The translations under genes and the position numbers were made by a program. 64,000 nt of DNA, taken from the NCBI GenBank assembly GCA_013239625.1, contig MU054187.1:10189231-10253230 (forward strand), written 5' to 3'. This DNA is from Lama guanicoe. Its lineage: Eukaryota. Positions 1 to 13,937 of the stretch are shown here, piece by piece (the first letter of the stretch is position 1; the number at the start of each line of letters is the position of its first letter). The notes beneath the pieces are model-generated. The model searched no databases. It worked only from the letters and a program-made list of their open reading frames with translations, and was not told the DNA's origin.

Positions 1-864
1 CAATAAGAGAAAGAAACATTTGTTTTTGTCAGTTCAGTGTTGACTCAATAGTGTTTTCAGTGGTCCTGGGCTTTTCTGTATCAATTATATATACTGTGGG
101 TTTTAGTTGGACATTCACTTAGGGATTTCATTTCCTTCAATGCCCTTGACCTAAGAGTGGTTCCTTCCCTCCGTGAGAGTCACTGTCCCTTTGGCCAGGC
201 ATACAGCTGTGGGGAGATGGGTCTGAAACTGGGAGGAAGCCACATCTGTCTGCCTGTCAGACCAGCCAAGTCCACTCAGGAGACCTTGCATTGGAGATGG
301 GCTCAGTGGGGCCGTCTGCATTTCTACCTCATTTACAACGGTCCATTGAGGTCATTTTGCAACTGACAACGACGAAGTCCCTTGTACGTATTGAGCGTTG
401 ACTCACAGGAGGAATCAGAAACGATTCAAAAATGGGTAGACTCAAAGGACTTCTGATTGGGACTTCACTTCGGAACTAAGAAATCAAAGAAAGCATATGC
501 GTGAGGGAAGCAGGGGAAAGGAAGAGGAGCAGAGGGAAGCTAGACACCTACTTGTAACTGGTTACAGACAGGAATCTAATCTGACGCAGGCTGAGCTGGC
601 TGGCCTGAGCATGTGACTCAGCTCAGTTACCCCTTTGGTGGAGTCTCTCAGGTGATCGAGGGCGTCATGCCTATGACACACGTGTGGACACGGGTGCCTG
701 CCAGCTAGTGGAAGGGGACACATAGTTGTGAGCATGCAAAGTGGGTCTATCCTAGAGATGGAAAAAGGAGGTTTAAAAAAATTACTGGTCTCAGGGAGTT
801 AAGGTGAACAAGTTTGTTGTCTCAGTCCAGGCTGAAGGAAAAAAATATCTAAACAGCCACAAAT

Positions 865-1215
865 CCTACCACTTTATAGTATTTATGCAGTGCTTTCTCT
901 TTTCCCATAAGTACACTTTACAGCTGGCCTCATGGCTCATCATTACAACACTCTGCTAAAGGGAAGAGGCAGTTTTAGGAACGATTGACCTGAGGCTCAG
1001 GGATGAATTGACTGTTCCAGAGGGTGAGCAGGAAGGGTTGGGTCATTGAGATTTGGACCCCTGTTTGGAGCTGGGACTGAATCAGGCATTCAACGTATGT
1101 AAAATTCTTTAATTCCTGTACGAACTCTATGAGGTGGGTACTATTATTGTAGTTTGGTAAATTGAAGAAAATCATCCAAATCACTGAGCTAGTGCTGGTA
1201 ACTCCAACCATAACT
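865..1215 (-). mobile_element. Two adjacent MIR SINE fragments
   Basis: Degenerate MIR core motifs (tgaggctcagggatgaattgact; ctctatgaggtgggtactattatt...aaattgaagaaa). Confidence 0.65.
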
Positions 1216-1565
1216 GCCATCTTCTAGAATCACATTCTTCCTGCTCTACCATATTCTGATCTGTCAGTTCTAACTGATTAAGGAGGGTGCCCGAAGGACT
1301 ATGTGGAAGGAGTCTCAGCCTGTGCCCAGTTGTTCTGTCTGACGCTGGTGGGATGGGAGGAGTGGCCGAGATACAGAACCAGAGCATCACAGAAGGAGGG
1401 GTTTTGTGACGGTCCTCACTTCTAAGAGACCAACAGAAGACTATCTATTACACAGTGGCCTGTATTTTGAGGGAACTAAGGAAGGACTCTGAGAAAGGGC
1501 CGCTCCTAACAACTGCATTTAGGCAACACTTCTCCCCTCTCTGCCATTGCCAAGTATGATACTAG

Positions 1566-2057
1566 CAAAGAAAACCAGAAGATGTCACCTCCAAATATGC
1601 CTCTTTGACATAAAAATTATTTTGAGCTGAAGGCAGTTAAGCAGCAGCAAGTGCAGGAAAAGCTCTCTCTCTGCTGTCCCCTTTCCTGCCTAAAGACAGG
1701 ACATAAATCCTCCTCTTGCTGGAGACAGACTCTTAGCCCAGAGACAGCACCAGAGGAATCTGCAAACAAACCTTCTTCGTTAGTTTCCTCCCGTATATTT
1801 ACCTTCCCACCGGGTGCCGCCCTTGGAAGCCTAAAACTGCTTCCCTTTGTTCTGTCATTTTCTCTACAGATTTATTGCTCTTTGCTGCAGACGCTGTATA
1901 GCTGGAGTTCTAAGTTGCCACTTTGAGTTACTTTTCATGAGGTTTCTCTCATGTGACATGCGCTGCAGACATTAATAAGCTGTTTTTCTCTTGTTAATCT
2001 GTCTTTTTGAGAGCCCAGTTAAATACCCAAGATGGGTAAAGTTTTGCCTCCTTTATA
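1566..2057 (+). mobile_element. ERV1 solo LTR, MER34-like
   Basis: Starts ...aaccagaagatgtcacctccaaatatgcctctttgacataaaaattattttgagctgaagg, like the MER34-group 5' end. 4-bp TSD ctag at 1562-1565 and 2058-2061. Confidence 0.8.
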
Positions 2058-2564
2058 CTAGCCATGGCTAATTTTCTGTTTCTCTCCTTCTCTTTTGCTA
2101 CCTACCTGCTTCTTTATTTTGCAACAAGAGTTTCTGTCCTTAAAATGACATCCTCTCCTTCCCTGAAAGGTATCATGAAAATGTAGTGGAAATATTTTCA
2201 CTGTGTGAGTGGCCAATCAGTGCACGACTGTCTGGTTGGTAGATTCTAGACAAGGATTTGGCAGCTTTGCTCATCGCAGACAGATGAAGGCAGAATCAGG
2301 TTGCTCTCAGTGAAAGGGTGAATACATTTCACTGGATCCATACCACAAACTATAGTTCCTGTTTTAGTTTCTGAATGAGGAATATTCCTCAGTTTTCTGC
2401 TTTTTACATCTGTGCTTAGATTTTCAATTTTTAGGGTTAGGTTGACTGATTGAAATCTTTGATACTTAAGTATTTTTTATAAAAACGTTTTCATTTTCTT
2501 TTGCAAATTACAGCTACACTGTACAACATACTAGGTTTTTGCAGACAGAAAAACATCGGTCTTA

Positions 2565-2741
<177 letters not shown>

Positions 2742-2904
2742 CTAGATGTAATTAAGAAAATAGGTGCAGAAGAAATACTCAGGAGGTTATTCACATGTAT
2801 TTCAGTAGCTCAATCAGTGAATGAGTCACAGCACTGAGGGGAGGGAGGGAGGCTTCCTCGGGGAATAGACCAGTCCAGTGAGTGGGAAGAGAACGGGATT
2901 AACG

Positions 2905-3160
2905 GTGGAGACACCAGGTTCATGCTCCAGTTTCTGCCACAAACTTGTTCTCTCTTTTCTTCTCTTGGCCTCGCTTCTTCAAAGGCAAAATTGAATGAGC
3001 TGGACTAGACCAGTGACTTTTCATAATTTATTTGGAAGGAGAAGTCTTTATTTACATGAAATCTTATGCAAAGCCAAACATATATAAACAAAATTAAAAG
3101 GTTGCTGCTATGCTAGGGGGGAGAGTGGAAGTCTCTTTTGTGGCTCTGGAAGCACTAGGC
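2905..3160. mobile_element. MIR fragment followed by an old hAT-Charlie-like MITE remnant
   Basis: MIR-like ccaggttcatgctccag...gagctggactagac, then cagtgacttttca...aaatcttatgcaaagcc, resembling MER-type DNA elements. Confidence 0.4.
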
Positions 3161-3215
3161 TGGTGGCCCACCAAGCTTCCTTCCTGTTTTAGGACTGTTT
3201 TCCATGATTTATTCA

Positions 3216-3362
<147 letters not shown>

Positions 3363-4059
3363 CTAAAAGACAAAGGTGACATTTTTTGTTTTTCTTATAC
3401 ATTGACCCCAAATACACATTGAGAAAAAAAATATGAAAAATCCTTTCTATCCATGGGAAGTACCAAATATGTTGGGTTAAAGAGTAAAAAGTTAATATGA
3501 ACTATACTCTTTGACATCACATGTATGTTCTTGAGACTTTTGTCTCTTCATTACTGATAATATTTTAGCAAAGGTGGCAAAACAGATTATTTGGGCTGCC
3601 TCTTGCAGTTTTCCAGATCTGGCTAAATTTTAGGCTGATTAAGGAATCAACAATTTAGATAGGCGTTTGAATAATCGGTTCTTTTTAAGATCCCAACAAT
3701 TGTGGACAAAATAATTACCTAAATATTTTGATATCTTTACATGACATACTATAATACAGGCTAGTTATATATGTCACTTAATTCTTTATGTCTAATTGGT
3801 ATGACTCAAGTCTTGGAACTTACTGCATGGACACCCTTCTCTCCTGACTTTGCTACGGAAAGTTCAGTGACTATTACCTATTGGGTCACCTTTATTGTGG
3901 CTCCTTTGAAATCTTGCTCTTGGGATTGGGTCTGACCCCAAGTCTGAAGATTCTGCACCATAGACCTGGCCTCAAATAGAAAAACATTGAATGTGCTAAG
4001 TCAAGAATACAAACGTTTTGAAATATCATTCATATGAAGTGGACTTTTTAAAAAAAAAG

Positions 4060-4245
4060 TTCATTTTGATGCATGTTTGTCTATTTGTAAAGTATCTCAG
4101 AGAAACACATAGAAAATTTCCAACAATGGCTGCCTTTGGGGAGGAGAACTGGGGGAAAAGAAATGGGAAGGAGAATTACCTTTCATTGTATTCCCATTTC
4201 AATTGTTTGAATTTTTATCATATTAAAAACACAATGCAAAATAAA
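4060..4245 (+). mobile_element. Old L1 (L1ME-type) 3' end
   Basis: aacaatggctgcctttggggaggagaactggggg...ttacctttcattgtattccc...gtttgaattttt is a typical L1ME 3' UTR. Confidence 0.6.
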
Positions 4246-5129
4246 ATAATTCTTATACATATCCTGCCTTGCAAACTTAATACTTAAAATTTCAATTTTC
4301 TTTTATATCCAGTTAAGTAGAATTTCTGAACCCATCATAAGCAGCATTCTGTATTTACATGATGAGACTTCTGTTCATAGGCAGCAATCTAATAATATAA
4401 TTTATTGTTAGAAACTATCACTATATTAGAAATAATGAAAATATAGGGATATATTCAAGAACATGAGTTAAGTATAATTTTATTAAATATAATTTAAATA
4501 TCCATGGGTATCAACACAAATTGATAAATGTTAATACAATTCTTTTTGTTCTCCTTTATTTAAGATTCAATAATTTGTTGGCCAAATAGCTTCAGTAGAA
4601 CTTTCATATATGCTTGAATTTCTATTAACTGTCCAGTGCCTCAAACTAGAGGAAAATCCCTTGTATGTGATCAATTGTACATATTCTGGAATTTTGTTTT
4701 CTGCTAATAAATGGAGATCCCCCAGTGCTTGGAGGAAGTCTCCTGTTGGGGATGGCAGGGACAGCTGTAAGATGAGCTAACATTCCCCCCCTTAAAATTA
4801 GGCAATTGTGGCTTTTTATGTCACTCTAGGGAGGAAGAGAGAAGAGATGTAAGGAAAGGGAGTTGGAGCAACAAGTCAGGAAAGAAGGGGTAGGAAAAAG
4901 TCATGGTAATTTCTCTGCTTTCTTTCCTAGCATTGGGGACCATGGCTCATTTGTCTTAGTCCAAACTGGGGAAGTCTCGCCTTTTCCAAAGACAGACCCT
5001 GTTAGCACCCAAGTGCCAGGCTGTGCTGGAGACTTGCATGGACAGGTTCTCATCTTATCCTGCCTTCTCCTCCTCCAATGCAACTGACTGCCATATTTTT
5101 GTTTTGGAGAAAATATTGCTAAGTTCCTT

Positions 5130-7560
5130 TTTAAAAATCACAATATATTTTAAAATAGAAAAAAATACAGAGAAAAATATTACATGCATGTGCCCATCAG
5201 CTATGTCTTGCCATATTTTATCAAATCTTTTAAAAAAAGAAAATCAAGACATTATAAATAAAACTGAAGCTCCTTTTTTATTACTCTCTAATCACTGATT
5301 CTCTAAGAATATAATGACCTGCCAATCATTTATCCTAAATTTGACATTATCATTCCCATGCATGATCTATATTTTGTTCCATACGAATGGGTTCATGAAC
5401 AATTTATAACATGTGCATGCTTTGAAATTTCATACTAATGAGATCATGATGTGTCAGTCTTCAGTCTGATTTTCTCCCCAATGTTATTTTTTGACACTTT
5501 AGTTGATCATTTCTTCATTTTAACTGTTAGATGGTATTTCATTATAGGTAAATGCACAATAAATCTATCCTTTGTTGATGGACAGTAAAGTTATTTTTGA
5601 TATTTCATTGTTGTAAGATTGCAATGAACATTTTTGCACAATTCTAAACATGTGTGAGAGTTTCTTTATGATCTATATCTAGGAATAATTTGCTGGGTTG
5701 TGGATTTACCTGCCTTCCACTTTATTAAATGTTGCCAATTTCTGTCTAACTCAGTAAATGTTTTCATCTTCAGTGAATGAGAGTTCCCATTGCTCTACAA
5801 GCTTACCAACTCTTGGTTTTATTAAGTTTTCAATTAAAAATAAAATTAATGGGTATGAGATTGTGTTTTGTTCTTTTACTTCACATTTCCCTGATTACAA
5901 ATTATGCTGAGCAGCTTTTATATAATAAGCCATTCTATAAATTGTTCACTCATATTTTTACCCATTTTTTCCATTAAACTCTCTTATTCTTATATTCTGA
6001 ATTTTAATCCTTAGGTTATATGCATCATGAGCATCTTTCTTTCTTGCAGCTTATTGTTTCCTATTTTCATCATTTCCTTGTACATGTTTTTAACTTTATC
6101 ACCATTAAATGTATAGGTTCTATTTAAGAACCCATCTCTCCCTTATGATCATAAAGCTATTATCTTGTATTTTCTTCAAAAAAACTGTTTTAAAGTTTCT
6201 TTTTAAGTGTAGGTCTTAACCCTCCCAGAAATGATTTTTTTTACATGATGTGCACTTGAGATTTATGAATTAATTAATTTTCCATTAGGGAAGACCAGTT
6301 GCATCACTGTACTCATTTGGATGTGTCGTCTTCTCCCCAGTGAGTTAGTGTGCCACCTCTGTCGAGCATCACGATTTCCTTTGTGGGTGGAAATGCTCTA
6401 GTGCACTTTGGTTTCTATCCATTCACCAAAACCACACCGTGGTTTACATAGAATGTATTGAGTCTCATAGGATGTGTCTCCCCATGCTGTTTCACTTCAA
6501 AATTGTCTTGGCTAATTTTGACCCTTCTCCCTTCACATTAATTTTGAAACCACGGTTGAGAATATTAAAGATGTTCTGTTCTATATTAGGTGGTTGTTTA
6601 TTTTTTTTGTCATTACTACTGGATTTTAGCAAATAATCTTCATGTATTAATATAATAATACTTGTTATGATCAATTTCAATAAGCAATATTCTATTGTGA
6701 AATCATTCTTACATTCCTGGGATAAGCCCATTTGGTTATGATATGTTTTCTTATTACATTGACTGGATTCAGGTTGCTAATATTTACATCTATATTCCTG
6801 AGAGAGGTAGGCCTATAATTTCTTTTCTTATTTTGTCCTTGTTTTGGTATCAAGGTTATATTACTCTGTTATTGGGAGAGTAAACCGTCTAGGCCTACAG
6901 CAGAAATTAAATAATAAACAAAAGATATAATAGGGAAGCTATATCTTAGTTTTTGTTTCATTGGTTTCTACTCTGTTGTTTCTTTTGTTGACCCTTTTTC
7001 TAATTTGTTGTGTTGAAAGCTTAGCTCATTAATTTCGAGACCTTATTCTCTTCTAATATATTTATTTGAACTATAATTTCCCCTTCAGTAATATATTAGC
7101 TATATTTTATGTTTTGATATACAATAGCTTTATTTCCATTTAGTTATAAATATTGAAAAATTTCCTTGATTTCTATAAACCATGGGTTATTTATAAATAT
7201 TGTATTTTAAAATGTGAGTTTTAAGTCACATTTTTATAGATTCTAATAACAGCATTATAGCTAGAGAATATGGTCTATGTGATACAGATTTTTTAGTGTT
7301 TCTTGAACCTTGCTTTGTGGCCTAGTATATAGTCAATTTTTGCAAATATGCATTCTCAAATTATTGGGTATGGATTCTATGTGTTTGTTAGATTAAGCTT
7401 ATTAATTACATTGTTTTTATCATCTGTATTTTTACTAAAAATTTTGCCTGTCTGCTGTCTTAATCGCTGAGTTGTACTAGAAAACTCATATTATTATTTT
7501 AGGTTTATCACTTTTTCTTATAACTCTATCAAATACTGTTTTATATATTTTGAAGCCATT
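5130..7560 (-). mobile_element. Old degenerate L1 (L1ME/L1M type), 3' UTR plus ORF2 remnants
   Basis: T-rich plus strand with L1 motifs (gagagttcccattgctctaca; cattcctgggataagcccatttggttatgatatg; ttttggtatcaaggttata). ORF 6492-6731(-) has L1-like residues. Confidence 0.8.
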
Positions 7561-9454
7561 AACATGGCCTCATTTTAAAGTTCTTCATTTCCAAATAATA
7601 TATTAACTAAAAGCTATTCTCTAGTATTCTATTCTGGAGCAGATTTAATTTCTGAGACTTGCCAGAACATCCTCTTCCTCTGACAAATAAACAGGGTGTC
7701 ATTGTATTGCATATGCTACATTCGTGATTTTTAGAACTCTAAGAATCACCGCTATTCTCCATCTGGTCAGACAAAGCGAGAATGATCACAATGTGATGAC
7801 TGTTCAGTGCTGAATAGGATGATTCAGAGCCCTCCTTGCTTGAATGCTTTAAGTAATAGGACATAGATCATTTCTCTTGTATGATTTAGGTGGTGTTTTC
7901 AGAAAAAAAGACGACCAGGTGACTTTCTATTTCCTATTATTCTAGCATATGATAACCATAAAGAACGTGGCGGGGGGGGCGCTCTCCTTCTAATGTGTAG
8001 GACTCTTGTTAGCAATCAATTCCCACCACCCCTACACACAGAAAAGGAGATGGCTACTAACAAGTTCCAGCTGGGCTCTACATGTTTAATTTCTTGACTA
8101 TCGTTGACGATTCTTCCTTATGAGGCTTGAAGGCCTTAGTCATGATCTGAAAGCCAGTCACAAAACAATGCTCCACACGCCTCAGTGTGGCAGTCTTTAG
8201 GTACTGCACTCACCTAACTGCCTCAACTTACTTAAAAATACTTCGCTGAAGGGGATTTTGATTTTTAAATGGAAAGATATCAGATATTTTTGAGGGTTAC
8301 CTTCTGGTAGGAGAATTGCATATTTGGGATTAGGTCAGGGAATTTCTGAGGTTGATTAAGAAAGACAAAGAACGAAACTATTTGGTACTTATCACTTACC
8401 AAGACTGCTTTGGCTTGCCCATAAGTAGACACCATGTCATACACTATAATTCACCAAACTGGTTAAATTTGAAGAACTTTTTGCATTTATCTAAGTCTTT
8501 GTCTAGTGGGACAAAGTTAAGCCTGAGAATTTCCTTCCTTTTCACTGGTTTTGGATTTATGGGTGGTTGGATGTTGTTTTCTTAGAGCCCAAGGCAACCT
8601 GGAATGTGGGTTTTTTTTTTTTTTTTGAGGATTGGTGTTGCTGGCTTTTAAAAAGGTAGCTTTTAAATTTTCCATTATTTTTGGTTTTCTTCTAGAGTCA
8701 CTATAGAAGTCACTCAAAATAATAACCACGTGAACAATGAAGGGCACATTGGGAGAATTAGCTGTTAACAACTGAGGCCAAAGGAACAGAATAGTCACCA
8801 GTCAAGCTGAAGAATGTTCTCACCTAGACTGGAGGGGAGTAAAATTATTTAGGGTGGAAAAAAGTTGTAGCACCAAAATAGGTGCACCTTGACACAAAGG
8901 AGGTATTTACAGTTTGATACTAGGAGAATTAATCAGAGCAGGAAAGAGTTTCTAGGGAAATTTTTAAAAAGGGAGCTCAATTTATAAAGATATTTGATGT
9001 TGCAATGTGGGAAGCTCATTAAATACACTATGGTAACTAAATAATGGTTTTTAAGCAGCCTGAGCAAAGGTTCTGTAAATGAAGGATGGAGAAAAGAATA
9101 TGCTAATCTAGTTATTTTTGTATTTAATTTACACTTAAAACCTTCAGAGATTGATTAACCTAACAGGGCAAGCGACAATTGAAAATATTATCTATTAATC
9201 TATATTTTCTAATAAGAGATACACATAAATCTATGAAATGTTTTGTATCACCAGGAAGACTATGTAATACTAGATGCATGTCCACTCTACTTTTTTCTTA
9301 CTTCACGTTTCTAGAATTCTTATACTGAGCTAGCCTAATAACAATGGTTGGTTTTATTCACCCAGGACCAACAGAGTAGAGGCCAGGACCAACTTTGTGG
9401 CATTATTAAAATCTACTACATAAGAATCTTTTACCTACAAAAAAGAAAGTGTTG

Positions 9455-10325
9455 GTGTCTGCACTTTGCGTGGCTCCAATATACGCGAATTTCAGTTACC
9501 ATGGCTTAGTTAAATTACACCAGTCCTCCACCAAGTACAGCTTACGTTTCAGTTACCACCCCTAGGTCTTCAGTCTACAAATCCCTACGCAAGTAACAGC
9601 CGCGCATCAAGATCTGTGACCCGTTGTGCCACTTCTTTTAAAGTCTGTGGGTGTGGCATTGGTCACTGAGCATGTGTTAGTTCACGTGCAGAAAGCAAAA
9701 TGTGTAGCTGTAGTGCCCCTTGTCTTCCAGTGAGAAACCCATGTGGCATTTTACAAAAATGGATGATGGTCAGAGGGAACTGGACCAGAAAGTGCAGCAA
9801 TGATGCATAGTGCAGAGGTGCGATGTGAATCAGATGTAAATGAAATTACAGAAGAAATAGCTGACCGCAGGCATGTGGATACTGCCACTGTTCAACTCTA
9901 TATGTGCAGCCAGAGGAACTTAGTGAAGACAAACTTACTGACAAAAATGAGGAAAATGGTTGTAATAGAAAGGAGGAAGATGTTCCAGAAGAAAGCACGC
10001 TGTCAACATTTTATGTTAAAGGAACTCTTGTAGATATTTTTTGACATTGAAAGTGCAGGGGAAAAAATATTGGAAGCTAATGCAAACTAAGAAAGGAGCA
10101 TGACAGTTTGCCAAAGCATAAGGAAGAAGCTCACTTTGTTGTAAGTTGTATCCAAACTACCCATGGTACAGTTATTTTACAAAGAAATTAGACCTTTTAA
10201 TGATCGATATTTCTAATGTCTTAAGTTACAGTGTAATGAATAAATATTAGTTTGATTATTTTTGGCCGTTTCCCTACATATTTAAAACAGAGTAAGAGTT
10301 TTTAATCTTTTGACAAAAATACGTG
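9455..10325 (+). mobile_element. TcMar-Tigger DNA transposon (Tigger8/9-like), internally deleted
   Basis: cactttgcgtggctccaatatacgcgaatttcagttaccatggcttagttaaattacaccagtcc, repeated tttcagttacca, and a transposase-start remnant (ttttacaaaaatggatgat). Confidence 0.7.
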
Positions 10326-12729
10326 AGGGTCATAGAAGAAATACAATTTTCCCCATTGATTATTAAGATAGATTTTTATGGCTTCAGTGTGCCTGGTCGC
10401 ATCTACAGCCCTGCACTTCTGTGCAGAAAAAGTGAAGACTGCCTCTACAAACAGTGCCCTGAACATCCTCAAGTATTGAATAGTGGAGTACCGTGGGTGC
10501 AATGGCTTTCAATTCAATTAAAGTGAACAAACATTAATACAGATCCTGCTATGTGTAAGGCATAAATTGGATGAAAGGGGAGAAAGAGCCAGGCTGGAAG
10601 ATGCAGAGGATTAAAGAGAAGATTGGGGGAGGGGAAGTTAAAGGTAATAAAAGGTTGGCATAAAACAAATCAAAATATCAGTTACTTGAGATGGTAGTGA
10701 ACAAAGTCAGACAATTTTTAAAATGCAGATCATTCTTATATGATGAACTATTTTTCTTAAATTATGCCATTAAGAACAAAGACTTATTTGTTTACTCAAC
10801 TGAACTCATTAGATATTTGATTTGGGCTTCATAACCCTCTCAATTCTTTATTCCCTGGCTTTTGGCACATTTTATACATACAATTTAAGTTCTCTTCTTT
10901 AAAAGGCTTCTCTTATTTTTTGTGGTATATTTCTTAATGAAAACTTTGAATTTCATACCTATATTTGAGGGGTTACATTATGTTTTTACCTTTAATTCCT
11001 GGCAAGCCATAATCATGAGACTGAAAGGTGATAATCTAAAATGAGTAGTTTTCGGAAAACTCTTGGGTTCTGGGAGAAAGAACCTTCCCGTTCTGGAAAG
11101 ATTTCCCAATTGAAGGGCTTCTCCAACAGTCACGACTCCAAGTCTTCCTTAGCACTTCGCCCCGTACACATAGCCCACCGCAGTCTGCAAATGTTCCTGC
11201 TGACCCTGCTTAGAATCACCAGCTGGTTCTTAGAAAATAACTCTTCCCTGAAAGTCTCCTATTCCTATGTTTGGCGATGTGAACCATCTACATATTACAT
11301 CTGAATCACGCGCCAGGTTTCGGCACCAGGACTAGCCATCCTTAGTGCCGAGTGTAGGTGTGTGGGAATGTGCAATGAATGTGGTTTTCCAGCGTAACCA
11401 GGTTGGGTCCAGAAGGGTGAGCTTTCACTTTATGTAGCAGCAAAGGAACACCTGGGAAACTAAGAAAGTTTTCCTTTGCTTTTTCCTTTTCCTTCTCCTC
11501 CTCCTCTTTTCTGCTGCTACCTTTCTGTAACAGGACCAAATTAGACCCGCCTGTGTATTCACTGCTTCAAAGTCTGGAAGAACTTTCCATTACAGACCAT
11601 TTTTGTCCCAATTCTCCCATAGATCATTTTCCCCCAAACCTTTGCTTTATCTTTAGTCTGCCACTGACTTAAACAGAATTCACCCACTGATTTAAAAATA
11701 CCTGTAGGAATATATGACTCGAGCCTAAATGACTTTGGTTTGAGAATGAAATTACTCAATTTTGGCTGGGTTCAATTTGTTTAAAAAATATTATCATTTT
11801 TAGTTTTGTTCAATATAGAAAACTTGGAAAATTAAAAAAAAATAAAAATCACCCATAATTATTTTAACATTTAGCATATTTCTCACATATATGTATCTCA
11901 GATGCAGATTTTACAAATTATAATGTCCATGCTGGTTTTTATTTTACTTTTAGTTTTTGATATAGCAGCATGGTTATTTTATTTTTGATATAGCAACAGT
12001 TTTCCCTATCATGAAATACTCCTTTGAAATATTTAACAAAACCAGGGCTGTCAATCATTTCCTTTATACCTTCCTCCTTTGCTTTTAGGCTTGAAAATAT
12101 TTTCCTCACTTGGGAAATCAAATGAATATTTCCCAGAGTTACTCACTAAATATTCTATGAATAAAGACTCTGGTCAAATTTGTCCCAGCACTTTAGAATT
12201 ATCTGAGGCAAAAATTAAGTGCTATACATAACTCTGGGCCAGCTAGCACCAGCCCTGGCTTGAGATGCTCAACCCTGGAGACTGACGATTTTAAACTCTC
12301 AAAAGTGAGCAAAGCCCAAATGACCTCAATTCAGTTTGAGATAATTCTGAGAAATGAGGCAAATGCTACTCCATCTGCACCGGCAACAAAGAATTAAGTG
12401 GCCTCTCTACAATTAAAGAATAAAAAGATGAAAAATAAAAAGAAAATTCTTGACTATCCCATCTATCAATAGGACTCCCCCGAACTTGTGTCAGAACTCC
12501 AGTGGTGAACTGTTACAGTCTTCCATCCTTTTCCCATTTCTTCTTATCTGGTTAAATATTATAGACAAGAAAAATATTTAAAAACAACTCTGTTACCGTT
12601 GGCAAAATCACTGGAATTTATTCTTGGATATCTGCTGCCCAAGTTAAGCCTGTGAATCAGGTATTCATTCATTCAGCTACTTCCTGAATCTCTGTAAGCT
12701 CTCATCAGAGTATTTCCTTCTTTTGCTCC

Positions 12730-12852
12730 GTGAGAATCAAGTTGCAAGAGAGCAGAGTTTTTGATAGTCCTGTGTCTCCCTCCCCAATACCCACGGTGCC
12801 TGGTCTAGTGTGTGGTAGGCACTTAGTCATTACTTGTTGGATAAATTAATCA
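12730..12852 (+). mobile_element. L2 3' end
   Basis: cacggtgcctggtctagtgtgtggtaggcacttagtcattacttgttggataaattaat. Confidence 0.6.
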
Positions 12853-13779
12853 TTTGACTTGCTTCACATAGTGTGGTGTTGGGTTCTTCCCTTCAGGCTA
12901 ATGATACTGCCAGCATTTTGATTGGTGCTCCCACCAAGTTCAATGACACCATCACTCTCTTGGGCATCTTGCCATCTTTGATCCATCCTGCACTTTCATC
13001 CCCATATCAAGCCAATCATCAGTTCCTAGAGACTTCCTTTATTGTTGCTGCCTTTGTGTTTCTCATTTCCCCAGTAGAATTGTAGTAAATGAATTGAGGA
13101 AAAGGTTAATGTTGTATATATTACAGTATACTATTTGTACCGTGATAGAACCCATCAAGCTGCCTTCACATAAAAAGAAGTGAGCCTTTGGTTCAATCAG
13201 CCTTTGGTTGAATGAATGAGTGATTTTTCTTTTCATTTGAACTATATACACCCTTTCTTTACTTTCCATTCCTGTATCTACTCTTCCTGTCCATGTGTAG
13301 ATTCTTGATCTAAACACTTCGAGTTTGTTGCCCTCACTCTGGGCTCCTGCTTTCTTTCTTCTGTGTATCATTGCTGTTCATCTTTAACGCAGACAATGAC
13401 ACATGCTTTTCCCTCCATGTCGGTATTTTCTCATTTTTGTTTATTGGACTGAACACTGTTTGGCTTACAAGGCTAACGATAATTTTTCAGCCAGTCTCAT
13501 GTTGCGTTCATCTACTCACACAGACTCCAGGCTTTGGTCTCATTAATCTACATCATGTTCTCAACATCAGTCTTTTCCCTTTTTTAGAACACTACTGTAA
13601 CTCTCTGCTCAAATTCCCAAATCTCAGCCAAGGCCTAATGAGACTCACTTCCCCACAAATTTTACCCTAATCTTTTCTTCCCAAGTTTCCTGGATTTCTG
13701 ATTCTTGAATTCCTTCAGTGTAATTTAATCCCCAAAGATACTCTGTTTTATGTTATTTACTATTGTTCCCGGCACATAA

Positions 13780-13900
13780 GTATTTCCCCTCAAATACAAC
13801 GTGGGCTCCTTGAGTGCTGGGACCATGACTTATACTTCTGCTGACCCCCATAATGCAGAGTGCTGACAATGGAGTGATAAGAAATTGTTAGACCAATTAA
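13780..13900 (+). mobile_element. L2 3' end fragment
   Basis: gtgggctccttgagtgctgggaccatgacttatacttc...cagagtgctgaca. Confidence 0.5.
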
Positions 13901-13937
13901 TATAAATATTTTCTAGGGAACTGTACTTAAGACTAAT

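Noticed and set aside
9800..10033. ORF within the Tigger element as a domesticated transposase
   Set aside because: The element is internally deleted and degenerate, with no intact transposase frame.
11040..11240. STAT/NF-kB-like motif cluster
   Set aside because: Only one perfect GAS site (ttcttagaa, 11227-11235); the others are imperfect and expected by chance.
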